From the human T2T-CHM13v2.0 reference genome, Homo sapiens, in assembly GCF_009914755.1 (NCBI RefSeq), contig NC_060934.1: a stretch of DNA of 64,000 nt; one strand, 5' to 3'. The position numbers and the translations under genes are program-made. The notes below the pieces were generated by a model. The model saw nothing but the letters and a program-made list of their open reading frames with translations, was not told the origin of the DNA and made no database searches. This document shows positions 47,588 through 63,501 of the stretch, one piece after another (position 1 is the stretch's first letter; every line of letters begins with the position of its first letter).

Positions 47588-48297
47588 ATCTAAGTGAAGT
47601 GTGGAAGTTTTTTGTTGTTGAGCATATTTTTAGTTATAAATTTAATGTTTTTCTTGACATCAGCCTGGGCTTTTCAAGTTTTCTGTTTCTTCTTGAGTCA
47701 GTTTTGGTAACATGTCTTTCAACAGAGTTTTATATGTCATCTATATTGTTGGATTTATTGCAATTAAATTATTCATATTTTCTTATCTTTTTAATGTCTG
47801 CTAGGTATGTGATAGAAATGTGGATAGTGATGATCTCTCTTGCATTCCTGATTTTGGCAATTTTTATCTTCTCTTTTTCATTCATCAGTTTTACTAGGAG
47901 TTTATCAATTTTATTATGTTTTAAAAGAAACACCTTTTGTTTCACTGATTTTCACTTCTTGTTTTTTGTGTGTTCTGTTCATTGATTTCTGTTCTTTATT
48001 ATTTACTATCCACTTGCTTTGGATGTATTTTGCTTTTTTTCTAGTTTTCTAAGGTGGATCATTCATTTTAGACCTTTTATCTTTTTAATGTATTTTAAGC
48101 TACAAATTTTCCTCTAACTGTGCTTTAGCTGCATTCCATAAATTTCAGTGTTTTCATTTTCAATCAATGAAAGATACTTTTCCTTTTCTTTTGTTACTGC
48201 CTTTACTTATGATTATGTAGAGGTATGTTATTTTACTTTTAAAATATCTTGGGATTTTACGGATATGTTTTCATAAATGATTAATATGGATGGTCAG

Positions 48298-48721
48298 TGT
48301 CTCAGTCCATTTTCCGTTGCTTATAACAGAATATTGGAAACTGAGTGATTTATAAAGAAAGGGAATTTATTTCTTACAGTTACAGAGGATGAAAAGTCCA
48401 AGGTCGAGGGGCTTCATCTGGTAAGAGTCCTCTTACTGGTTGGAACTCTGCAGAGTCCCAGGGCAATGCAGGGCGTCATGTGGCAAGGGAGCTGAACATA
48501 TGAGCTCAGGTCTCTTTTCCTTTTCTTATAAAGCTACCAGTCCCACTCTCATGATAATATGTTAATCCATGAACAGATTAATCCATTCATGAGGGCAGAG
48601 CCCTCCTGACCAAATTACCTCTTAAAGGCTCCCCCACCCCTGCCCAGTACTATCACACTGGGGATTAAATTTCAACACCAGTTTTGGAAGGGACAAATAG
48701 ACAAATATTCAAACCATAACA
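48298..48721 (-). mobile_element. MST-type (MSTC-like) MaLR solo LTR
   Basis: TG...CA ends with a perfect 5-bp TSD gtcag (48293-48297 and 48722-48726). Confidence 0.9.
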
Positions 48722-49524
48722 GTCAGACAATATATGTTATGCAATTTTAGTTTTTTTCAATTTATTGAGACTTGTTTATGCCCCAAATATAGGGGCATTA
48801 CTGAACGTTCCTTGTGTACTTTAGAGCAGTGTGTATTTTGCAGATGTTGAATGAAATATTCTGTAAATATCAGTTTAGGTCATGTTAGATGGTAGTGTTA
48901 AATTTTTTATATTTTTTAAATTTTCTGCTTTTTCTACCACTAACTGAGAGAAGAGTGATAAAATCTCCACCATAATGTACTTGGTTATTTCTCCTTTCAT
49001 TTCTGTCAATTATTGTTTCCTGTTTTTTGAAGCTTTGTTTTGAAGTTGTCTTGGTGAATTGGTCCCTGTGTCATCAATGATATGTCCTTTTTGCTTTGGT
49101 AAGATTTCCTTTTATGAAGTTTTTATCTGACTTTATTAGCCACTAGAGCTTGTTTCCAGTTAATATTTTGCAGACATTTCTGTTTTCATCCTTTTATTCT
49201 TGTATCTACCTTTATATTTAAAGTGGGTTTCTTATAAATAGCATATAGTTGGGTCTTGCTTTTGTATACAATCTGATACCCTCTATTTTTTAAATGGCAT
49301 GTCATTTACTGTCATTATTGATATGATCAGATTTAAATTTACCATCTTGCTATTTCTTTTCAAATTATTTCTTCTGGTCTTTCACTTTTTTTTTCTCCTG
49401 CCCTCTTTTGGGTTGAATGAGTATTTTTGTCACTGCACTTTATCACCACTATTAGCTTATTAGCTTTACCTTTGTTTTACTTTTTTGGTGGTTGCTGTTG
49501 ACCAACAGTTTTCAAACATCTTAG

Positions 49525-49737
<213 letters not shown>

Positions 49738-50440
49738 CCCTTTGGATTCTTAATTAATAAAGACCTCAAAGGGTTTTTGTTTATGGGATTATCAGTTATT
49801 ACTATACCCCCAGTTAAAACTGAAGTGTTCAAGTATTAATCATTTAAATATCACAAGAATAAAGCTATTATATGTTAACAAAAACAACATATTTGTGAAA
49901 AATGACTATTAAAAAACAAGTAGTGGGGAGAGTGGCATTGTTTTACATTTTTGCAGATCTCTTTAATGTATGGCATAAATGAAGGCTGGATTCTCATATC
50001 TACTCTTGCACTTAGTTTTTTGCTTTATATTGTTTTAGTAAATTTAAGTACATGAAGAAAATCTCACAGTTATGTATGTAGTAAAGAGAAGAACGTTTTA
50101 ATAGTCTTTTCAGATAATTGTGGGCATTCTTCTCTGATGCCACTCCAAAATTCATCAAGTGGTTGTTTCTTAAAGGTAAGTTATAGTGTGGAATCTGAAA
50201 CCATATAATTCTGTTATAGAAAAATGCATTGGTCTTTCTTGCACTTTGCATGGATATGTGTATTTATGCATGGTTTTATAATATCATGCATTGGTCATTT
50301 GGAAAGTACTGGTGCACCAGATACGTAGATCTTCCAAATGTTACAGCATTGCATTATAAAATATCAAAAAACGACAGTATTATCACCACTGATCTCACAA
50401 AAATCTAACTCTGGGAAGCTGTTAAATATATGGTGGCATA

Positions 50441-51492
<1,052 letters not shown>

Positions 51493-51654
51493 TATATATA
51501 TGTATATATGTATATACATACACACATATATATAGTGGCATTTACAAGTTCACAGCATTTTAATTCTTACTGAAAGGCTGGATTTTATTATTAGCAACAC
51601 TTACTTTCAATTGCTTTCCTTAAAATCACTGGCACACTTCATCCTTTTTTGTTT

Positions 51655-52140
51655 GTTTTAATAAGCTTTTTATTTTGGAATAACTTTAGATTTACAGAAT
51701 AACTTTAGATTTTGGAATAACTTTATTATTGTGATACTGAAAAAACAATACAGAGAATTCATAAATACCTCTCATTCAGTTTCTTCTAATGTTAGCATCT
51801 ATTACCCTGTACATTTGTCAAAACTCAGAAAATTGACTTTGGTAGATTACTATTAATTAAACTCCAGACTTCACTTGGATTTCACCAATTTTTCTATTAA
51901 AGTCCTATTTCTCTTTCAGTGTCTAATCCGGAATATCACATTATATTTTGCTATCACAATTCCTTAGTCTCTATGGCCTTTGACAGTTTGTCATCTTTCC
52001 TTTTTTTAATGAACTTGACACTTTTGAAGAGTACTGGTCTATTATTTTCTAGAATGGTCTTCAATTTAGGTTTCTCTCATGATTTCCTTATGACTTGAGT
52101 GGGTTTATGGTTTTCTGGGAGAAATATCATGGAGATAAAG
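51655..52140 (-). mobile_element. L1MC-type 3' fragment nested in Charlie1
   Basis: tattttggaataactttagatttacag...ctattaattaaactccagact motifs. Confidence 0.65.
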
Positions 52141-52257
52141 GGCCCGCTTTGTCTAATTTTTAGAAAATGACTGCCACTGCAGTTTGCAGTCAGTTTTTCT
52201 TTTAAATAAAAATAGTGTTCTTGAAAAAGACATTTGTTCAGTTTAGAACTCAAATAA

Positions 52258-52737
<480 letters not shown>

Positions 52738-54524
52738 TTAAACCTTCAATGCATGTCCTGAATAATACAGTCATCACAGTGCTATTGCTTTGATTTGTGA
52801 TAGGGCACTGACAGTTTTTGTTTTTGAGACAGGGTCTCTATTGCCCAGGTTGGGGTGCAGCAGTGAGCTCATAGCTCCCCACTCTCATGCGCGTACAACC
52901 ATACTTGGCTAATGTTTTTATTTTTTGTAGAGACAATGTCTCACTATATTGTCCAGGCTACCTACAGTTTTATTCAGCATTGCTGAGCACCATTAGTACA
53001 AATGTCAATGCAGTGACAAACTATTAACACTCTTAGGAATATAGCTCTGACTTTGCAGACCCCATGAAAGCATGTCCTGAACACTTAGGTCTTCTAATTA
53101 CACATCGAGAAACTGCAACACTAGGGCTTTTATGATATTTAATTTATCATGGTCTACCTTCAAATAACTTTATAGCACTTGAGTATAATGGAAGAACCTT
53201 ACAACAGTGTACTGCTGTTACCTCCTTTCTAACTTTTGTGCTGTAAACTGCTTATTTACATTTACCAGTATATTTCTGTATTAAATGACCAAATATTCTC
53301 TAACTTTAAGAAATGAGAAAACTGTCTTTTTGTCTATATTTATTATTTTTGGTGCTTTTTATCTCTTTGTGTATATTCATGTTTTCATGTGATACATACT
53401 TTCTGCCTGAATAATGTCCTTGAAATTATATTGCTGGTCTACTGACAACAAATTCTCTTAGCTATTGCTTGTCTGAAAATAATTTTATTTTGCTTTCACT
53501 TATGAAAGATATTTCCTCTGGTATAGGATTCTAAGTTAATAGATGTTCCCTCTCCATTTTTTTTTCCTTCAGCAGTTTAAAGATTTTTCTATTGTCTTTT
53601 GACTGGAATAATTTTAGGGGAAAAGTCTTGTAATTGTTTTCACATTCAGTCTTTTCAATATAAGTGCTTTTTTTCTGGCTGCTTTTAAAATATTCTTCTT
53701 ACCATTATATTTTAGCAAATAATTATGATGTCTTTTGGTGTGGTTTTATCTGTATTCTGCTTAGAATTTATTGAACTTCTTGGGTCTGTGGGTGTAGTTT
53801 GACAACATTTCAGCCATTATTGTCTTAAATATTGTTCTCCCTCGTACCAACACTCCAATTACACATAATTTAGGCTGCTTCATAGTGTTCCCTAAAGCTC
53901 TGCTTATATTTCTTCAATTTTTTTCCCTTTCTTTGCTTAATTTTGGATAGTTTCTGTTGCTCTGTTCTCAAGTTGATTGATAACAGTGCTACAGTTGTTA
54001 ATATGCAAGATCTGACGTGAATATTTTACTGGGTGACATTAATCACAGATTAAACATTGCAGAAGAAAGTAAGTTCATTGATAATTTCTTAGTTATGGGA
54101 TAAATTAGCTCCAAAGAAAAAATTACGTTAGATGTGAACTAAAAAAGTTTATAAATAAGCCATAAAGGAGTCAAACTGATGCACAAGAAGCTTAACTTCT
54201 GGACAGAACAAAATCAAGTATTATTCAGCCCTCAGCCGTCTAAAATTCACAATGTCTTACATCCAACAAAGAGACCTTTTGGGTTTTTCCTGAATGTTTT
54301 GTGTATTCCCAGTGATGACTTTTTATTCTGGTGGTGATAATGTGAATAATTCTCACCCCTGGGTAAGCTCTGGGAAGTGTTTTGCTTGTAGCTCCTCAGG
54401 TTATTGTTCTTTTCCCAAAAGTTCTTCTTTGCCCAGCTTTGTAGGGTTTTATTGTACACGTGTAGATCAGTATTCAGCTGAAGACTCAAGAATACTGCTA
54501 TGCTGGTTTCTGGAGTTTTTTCCT

Positions 54525-54824
54525 TTTTTTTTTTTTTTTTTTGAGATGGAGTCTCATTCTGTCACTCACGCTGGAGTGCAGTGGGGTGATCTCGGCTCAC
54601 TGCAACCCTCTGCCTCCTGGGTTCAAGTGATTCTCCTGCCTCAACCTCCCAAGTACCTGGGACTACAAGCACATGCCACCATGCCCAGCTAATTTTTGTA
54701 TTTTTCATAGAGACAGAGTTTCAGCATGCTGGCCAGGCTGGTCTCGAACTCCTGACCTTAAGTAATCCACCCACCTCAGCTTCCCAAAGTGATGGGATTA
54801 CAGGTGTGAGCCACTGTGCAGGAC
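54525..54824 (-). mobile_element. AluS
   Basis: TSD-like ctggagttttttcct / ctggagttctttcct. Confidence 0.92.
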
Positions 54825-55439
54825 CTGGAGTTCTTTCCTGATGGGGCACTTTCTTTTCTACTACTGTATCCCCAAAATTCTAGCCCTTTGGCCTGTCCAA
54901 ACTAACAGCCAAGCTTCCTTTGGGGTCCCCCTTCCTGCCCTGATGTTCAGTATTGCCTCCAGGCATAACAGTTGAGTGATCCTCAGGCTCATCTTGTTTG
55001 TTCCCCCTTTGTCAGGGACTGCAGAGATTGTTTGCAGCAAGAAAGTTGGTGTGAGTTACCCAGTTCACCAAGTGGGAGTCTACTCTATGTCTCTGAAGAA
55101 TTTTTGGTTTTTTTGCCAATTTGTATATACCTAACTTTTAGGAATGTAGATGAAAATCAGTACTTACTTAAATTTCTCATTACGTCTTCAAATCACGTGG
55201 AGGAGGGGAGAACTGAGAGAACAGTAGAGAAATGGAGTTGCTGATTGATGTTTATGCTGTGAACCTCTTGGTCAAACAGAATCCAAAGTTAACTGATTGT
55301 ATGGAATATTCAGTTTTAAGAGCTCATAAATTTGCCTAAACCTGTTTGAGTTGGGTTTTCTGTTATATATAATCAAAAACATCTTAATAAATAGCATATA
55401 ATCTTATGATGAATTTTGAAAGTACTAGTGTTAATATTT

Positions 55440-55737
55440 GATTATTATTATTATTTTTGAGAGAAGGTCTCACTCTGTCACCCAGGCTGGAGTGCAGTGG
55501 AATGATTATGACCCACTGCAGCCTCCACAACCTGGCTCAAGTGATCTCCCACCTCAGCCTCCCAAGTAGCTGAGGACTAGAGGCGCATGCCACCATACTT
55601 GGCTAATTTTGTATTTTTTGTAGAGACAGGATTTCACCATGTTGCCCAGGCTGGTCTTGAACTCCTAGGCACAAGTGATCTGCCAGCCTCGGCTTCCCAA
55701 AGTGCTGGGATTATAGGCGTGAACCTCTGTGCCCAGC
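55440..55737 (-). mobile_element. AluJ
   Basis: Alu consensus. Confidence 0.9.
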
Positions 55738-56068
55738 CGTATTATTTCTAATACAATTTGTAATTCTTTTTTTTTTTTTTTTTTTTACTTTTTTTTTTAA
55801 TCCAGGAGTGCTGCTATATAATTTGTAATTCTGATTGCATTAGGATGGCATGTTTAATTTATTCAGCAAATATTTAAGTTATTTTGATATGGAAATCTGT
55901 GCTATTTTCTGATAAAGATGAGCTCATACAATGTTTTAAAGCTTTTTTATTATTATTACTCTAGAAATTTACAGCACTTTTATGACAAGGATGTATGTGG
56001 AAAGTGCTAGAATACAACTTCTTATGTGAATGATGTTTGAGTGACGATTCTGTACAAAACTTATTCCT

Positions 56069-56371
56069 AGGTTGGGTGCAGTGGCTCATGCCTGCAGTCC
56101 CAGCACTTTGGGAGGCTGAGGTGGGTGGATCATCTGAGGTCAGGGGTTCGAGGCCAGCCTGGCCAGCATGGTGAAACCCTGTCTCTATGAAAAATACAAA
56201 AATTAGCCGGGCATGGTGGCACATGCCTGTAATCTCAGCTACTCAGGAGGCCAAGGCAGGAGAATGGCTTGAACCCTGGAGGTGGAGGTTGCAGAGAGCT
56301 GAGATTGTGCCACTGCACTCCAGCCTGGGCAATAGAGTGAGACTCTGTATCTCCAAAAAAAAAAAAAAAAA
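56069..56371 (+). mobile_element. AluS
   Basis: TSD-like aaacttattcct / aagctcattcct. Confidence 0.92.
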
Positions 56372-57198
56372 GCTCATTCCTCTCGTAGATACATAAATTA
56401 TATTCTAGCTGCTTCATTTTGAGTTGCTTTATATATTAAATGTATACTTAGTTCACGTTTTATAAAGGACAGCTTTCATCAAACTTGGCTTTATCCAAAC
56501 TTTCAGTGGTTTCCCATTTTGTTCATGATTAAGTCCAAATATTTTAGCCAGTGAAAGGCCCTGTAATTTAACCCACACCTTTCTAATCTTATTTCTCATC
56601 ATTTTTCCTATTCAGTGAGATTAATGTGTTTCCCTGATCCATGCCTTTGTTTGCTCCTGCTGACTTGTTCTTTTAATTCTTTCTGCCTATCAGTACCCAT
56701 CATTTTTGCTCCAGTTCCGATCCCACCTCTTAGTAAGATCTTTGTCCATCATCCACCATGGCCATGAGTGATCTCTCATAAGATATACTTTATTTTTTGT
56801 TGTTTACAAAGCCAATCAACACTGGTTTCATAAGGTGAACCAAAAGCCCTTCATTTCTAGTCTCACTCTCCGGAGGAGAACCTCTTAATACTTCCTTGAT
56901 AATTTTATGCATATTTAAATATGTATTAGCTTATTTGGTTATTACTAACTTTGGCCACAATATTGGAGAACACAATTCTATAGGCTTAATTATATTTAAC
57001 TTTGATTTTTCTTTTGGCAAGAATATTTCAAGAATGGTAGTGTATACTTCATATTGCATCATACAAGAAATATTCTGTCTGGGGGTCTCCTTTTGTGATA
57101 TTTAAGTGGATTGGGGATTCAGGCATTGTCAGTCTGATCTACCCCGATGAGCCTTTCACTGAATGATTTTATGAATCTCATTCTTTTAAATTTTCATC

Positions 57199-57326
57199 AG
57201 CCAGGCACAGTGGCCCATACCCATAATCCTGACACTTTGGGAGACAGGGCGAGAGGATTGCTTGAGCCCAGGAGTTCAAGAACAGCCTTGGCAACCCTAA
57301 GGAGATCCCATCTCTACAAAAAAAAA
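57199..57326 (+). mobile_element. FLAM monomer
   Basis: Single-arm Alu. Confidence 0.8.
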
Positions 57327-57369
57327 TTTTTTTATGTCATACATAGCTACTTTACTGCCTGTTAATATA

Positions 57370-57530
57370 GCAAGATAATAGATTGTTAAAAGGCAGGCTA
57401 TGGAGCCAAACTGCCTGCTGGTAATGACCTTCAGCAAATGAGTATACATCTTTGTGCCTCAGTTTTTCTCCACTGGGAGGGCTCTAACAGTGCATGGTTA
57501 CACAGTGTCAGTCAATGTTAGTTGTTATTA
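57370..57530. mobile_element. MIR remnant
   Basis: tggagccaaactgcctg...tctttgtgcctcagttttt core. Confidence 0.6.
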
Positions 57531-58148
57531 ATATATTGGTTTGAAAGTTTGATTTTGCTGTCTATGTGCTTGGCCTTTGTTTGCATGGAAAATGTTTTAT
57601 TGGATAATATTCATGGTATTCTGTTTGGCAGTGAAACCAGGTTACCTTGTAGGAAAATAAAACACCATTTAAATTATAACAAATTTATTATTTTTCTATA
57701 ATTTTTAGTAAGAAAAACATGAGCAGAAAAGGGATTTATTACATTGGAGTTTGTAATGAAGAAAAGAAACATTGAGCATGATTATATATTCTAGATATTA
57801 GGAAAGAAAATTGGAAAAGACAAAAAGAAATGAGTGACATTATTGTTTTTGATTATGAACGGCTGTATGGTTCTTTGAGATGACAGTTAATAAACATAAG
57901 TGCACACAATCCTAAATAATTTGATAGAGGAGAAGTTTCTAAAAACCCAATGTGGTGATGCAAGGGAGCTCTCAGATAAGCAGAGCATAGATATAGTAGA
58001 TGGAAGGGAAGATGCAGAACTAAAGATGAATATGAAACTTTATAAACAGTGGCTGGAACCACAAGGTAAGCTGAAGTTTGTAAGACCAAATAAGTTGTTT
58101 TTTAAAAGTAATATCTCAATTAAGGTTAAGCTTCAAGAAGATAATCAA

Positions 58149-59340
<1,192 letters not shown>

Positions 59341-59429
59341 CTGTCTTTCCTTCTCTTACATTTTGATACTTTGTATGTAATATATATTTATAGTTTAGGT
59401 TGCTTCAGGAAAACAAAAAAAAAACAACT

Positions 59430-59565
59430 TTTTTTATGTTTTGTTTTTAGTAGAGGTGAGGTGTTGACCCTTGCCCAGGCTGGTCTTGAATTCGTGAGCT
59501 CAAGTAATCCTGCCACCTCGGCCTCCCAAGTGCTGGAATTATAGGCATGAGCCACTGCTCCCAGC
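59430..59565 (-). mobile_element. FLAM / Alu left arm
   Basis: Single-arm Alu. Confidence 0.8.
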
Positions 59566-59742
59566 TCCCCTCCACCTCCAAAAAAAAAACTTTTATTTTT
59601 GGTCTGCTTGATATTTTTACCAAATTATTTTTTGAATTGTATGTATCCCTCATTATAGCATAATATTTTTAATGATACAGATTTAATAGTACAAACTATG
59701 TTGGAGCAGTTTCTGCATAAGGTATGTTTTAATTTACTCTAG

Positions 59743-59858
59743 GAATATGAAGCACGAACGGGGAGGACCTGTAAACCACCACCTCAGTCTTCAAGACGCA
59801 AGAATTTTGAATTTGAGCCGCTTTCTACCACTGCCTTGATTCTTGAGGATCGACCATC
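59743..59858 (+). CDS. TBC1D12: TBC1D12 internal coding exon (probably exon 3), 116 nt, phase 0 to phase 2
   Basis: Acceptor tttactctag| and donor TC|gtaagt. Reads [38 protein letters not shown](S), in frame with the upstream exon. [15 protein letters not shown] is the conserved TBC1D12/14 pre-TBC segment. Confidence 0.95.
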
Positions 59859-60029
59859 GTAAGTATTTTAGTGATAATCAGTGACATTGTTTATATTTTA
59901 AAGTTAAATTTAATTTTGTTCACTATTTTAAAAGATAGCGAGAAAGATATTGAGAAAGGATTTAATTTTTACAAAATTTAATCCCTGTTGTCTATCCTAA
60001 AACTATTTGGGGAGAATATATTTTTCTTG

Positions 60030-60145
60030 GGTTTTTGGTTTGTTTAGAGACAGGGTCTTGCTATGTTGCCCAGGCTGTTCTCAAACTCAAGTGATCCTCC
60101 TGCCTCAGTCTCCCCTTCCAGGATTGTAGGCATGCACTGCTGGCC
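60030..60145 (-). mobile_element. FLAM monomer, degenerate
   Basis: Single-arm Alu. Confidence 0.75.
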
Positions 60146-60469
60146 CTAGTAGAGAGTATATTGTTGTTGTCTAAGACTTACGCATATTTTCTAGAGGTCT
60201 CTGTGAGTTAATATACGAAACATAATAAAGTATTGGCTCTTTATGTCTGTTTCTATTTCAACTCTCTGCTCCTCCATCTTAACATGATAGGGCAGTTATT
60301 CTTCCTTTCTTGACATTTAGTATGTATTTAAGATGTGCTTGTCTTTGCCTTTTGTACTATGTAACTACTTAGGTAACAAAAGTTTTATTAAGGAAGTAAG
60401 AGTACACTCCCAAGAGAGGAGTGAGCTGACCTGGCTGGGAGCCTACTATTATTATTAAGAATACATTTC

Positions 60470-60810
60470 TTATTTATTTATGTTTGTTTGTTTTGTTTTA
60501 TTTATTTTTAATTTTTTATTTTTGAGACAGAGTTTTGCTCAGTCACCCAGGCTGGAGTGTAATGGTGCGATCTCAGCTCACTACAGCTTCCACTTCCTGG
60601 GTTCAAACCATTCTCTTGGCACAGCCTCCTGAGTAGCTGGGATTACAGACATGCACCAACATACCTGGCTAATTTTTTGTGTGCATTTTTAGTAGAGACA
60701 GGGTTTCGCCATGTTGGCCAGGCTGGTCTTGAATTCTTGACCTCAAGTGGTCCACCCATCTCAGCCTCCCAAAGTGCTGGGATTACAGGTGTTAGCCACC
60801 ATGCCCAGCC
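60470..60810 (-). mobile_element. AluS
   Basis: Alu consensus. Confidence 0.92.
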
Positions 60811-61009
60811 TAAGAGTACATTCTTAATGCTCAGCAAAACATCTTAAATTGTTCTTTTCCTGCTGTACATCAGAACATTGTCTGATTTATTATTAAACAA
60901 AACACATCCTAAAGCAAGACCACTTGGTTCTTAGCTCTTTTTCTCCTCCTTGGGTTCTCTGGATCAATTCTTTTTTTTTACTAGGATTGTCTCTCTGTCC
61001 CTCTCTTTC

Positions 61010-61212
<203 letters not shown>

Positions 61213-62838
61213 TAAATGTAAAACTTCCTAGCCTTTCTTGCCATTTTCCTGATCTGGACCTTTTTCTACCCATTTTCCTGATGAGCATAATAAAATAGTC
61301 TGGAGCCAAATAGAAGAGCATAGAATATTTTTTGGACATTGCAAGAGAAAAAAAGCTGGACTTATTAAGTACATTATTCTTTTATTCTGGTTACATTCCC
61401 TCATACTAAAGAATTGTGGTCCCAATGCTCCTCTTTTAGGATTTGATGAATATGTTTATAATTGTCTTTTCATTGTTTAAAAAAAGCGTTTTAGAAACTT
61501 AGTTATGAGAACATGTGAAATTTTATTTCAGACTTGCTGCCAGGGATGAAAATGAACCAGGCCAATTCAAAGATTCCTTTCTTGGTGGAGACATTTATAG
61601 GAAAACAAGAGTGGTTAGATAAACAAGAAAAGAATAACTTGTTAAAGATCTTTAGACTTTGCAGCTGTCAGCTGAGTACGTAGATAAGTTCCCAGAAGAG
61701 CTTGCTTAAGCTTGATAGAATTTATCCGAAATGGATTATGCTTTTTACCGGGAATGTTAATTTCTTCCCAGAAAGCGTTTATGAAAATATCACTCAAAAA
61801 GTTCTATTCTAGACGGTGTTGGGGACAAATCTTTCTTTACACCATACTCTATTTCATATCATATCTGCCTCTTTAGGTTCTACCTCCATGCCTTTGCTCA
61901 TGTTATTCCCCTCTCTTGGAAGGCTTTTATCTTATTTCTACTTCTTACTTACTCAATCCTTAAGGATTAGGCTTTATCTTTTCTATCAAGTCTTTGGTGA
62001 TTTCTTCAGCCTTCCGTTGTATCTACTTCTCTTGTACCTTTCTTGTTACACACAAACAATTCCTTGAAATAATGTTCAATGGAATTGTCTTGAAATAACA
62101 TGGTAGGTACAATAACATTATGAAAAGAACTCAGTGTACAAAAATATATAAACAGCTGAAAAAAGTACTTTTATTTTCACTCTTTTGAACTATCTATAGT
62201 TATATTAATTATAATATATGTTATAGCTTTTATTCTGTTTCTGTGTGTTTGCTCCTTTGTAGTATAGAGACTGAATTTGGTCTCTAGTGTTCCACCCAAC
62301 ACTGAGATGCTGTGGTTAATTAACAATTTTGTTCACCTTTTTAAATTTGAAGGGGCCTTTTTGGTGGGGGGACGTTATTTGTATGACTTACATTTATGTA
62401 ACTAAAACAAACCAACAAAGTGTCTTCATGGTATTGGAGTATGAGGGTGTTTAATCACTTATTTCTTCTTCTACTTCAACCAATTGAAAAATAGATAATG
62501 GAGAACAGAAGAGAATGAAACCTTCAATTTTATTGAGTATAAAACCAGCTGAGGGGAAGAAAACTGTACATGGGAATACCTGGGTACAACCTGAGTACTA
62601 AAGTGGAACTTTGTACTTTATCTCCCTCAGAATACTCTTCTAGCAGACTTGGGCCAGCTAACATCTATCTAGTTATAGCCCAAGAAGCTAGAACAGAGGT
62701 CTGAGTAATCTTAGGTTTCTTCTGTTTATGGATGCAGGCAGATTCAAGAGGCCTGTTCTGCTTTTGTGTCTTATCTACTGGTAATGCCACTACTTCGACT
62801 ATGAGGTGGCATCTGGAAGAAGATAGAAATTATTCTAC

Positions 62839-62917
62839 AGCAGGGTTCCCCAAACCCCAGGCCCCAGATTGATTCTGGTTAGGAACTGGGCTGCACAGCA
62901 GGAGGTGAGCAGTGGGG
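62839..62917. mobile_element. MER1-type (hAT-Charlie) terminal fragment
   Basis: cagggttccccaaacccc...gttaggaactgggctgcacagcaggaggtgagc. Confidence 0.75.
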
Positions 62918-63075
62918 TCTAGACCATGTGGGAGGTCTAGATGTGGGATGTGAGGTTGTGCAGAGAAGAGGTCTATTTAGATCTGCAAATTTCACCTTGT
63001 TAAATAGAAGACTAGATCTCCTAAACTGTGCCCAGCAAATCATTTGCCATGACTTGTAGAAAAGAAACAGAGGAG

Positions 63076-63352
<277 letters not shown>

Positions 63353-63501
63353 GATGACAGAGATTGCAAATGCAAAAGGGATTAAGCTTCACACCAGCAG
63401 CATTTCATCTTATGTGAAGAGAAGGATCAGGCCTATTTGGTGGAAGCCAGTAGGTGGTTAGAAATCTTAAAGGCGGGATTTGTAGTTAAACTGGAAATGT
63501 A

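Noticed and set aside
51672-51727. Triple gaataacttta repeat
   Set aside because: Simple slippage within an L1 3' end; no sign of function.
57900-58071. 122-aa ORF with a strong donor AAG|gtaagc at 58065
   Set aside because: The open frame is phase 1 at the donor, incompatible with exon 3. There is no clear acceptor, and the region looks like decayed CR1/L3 running into an Alu.
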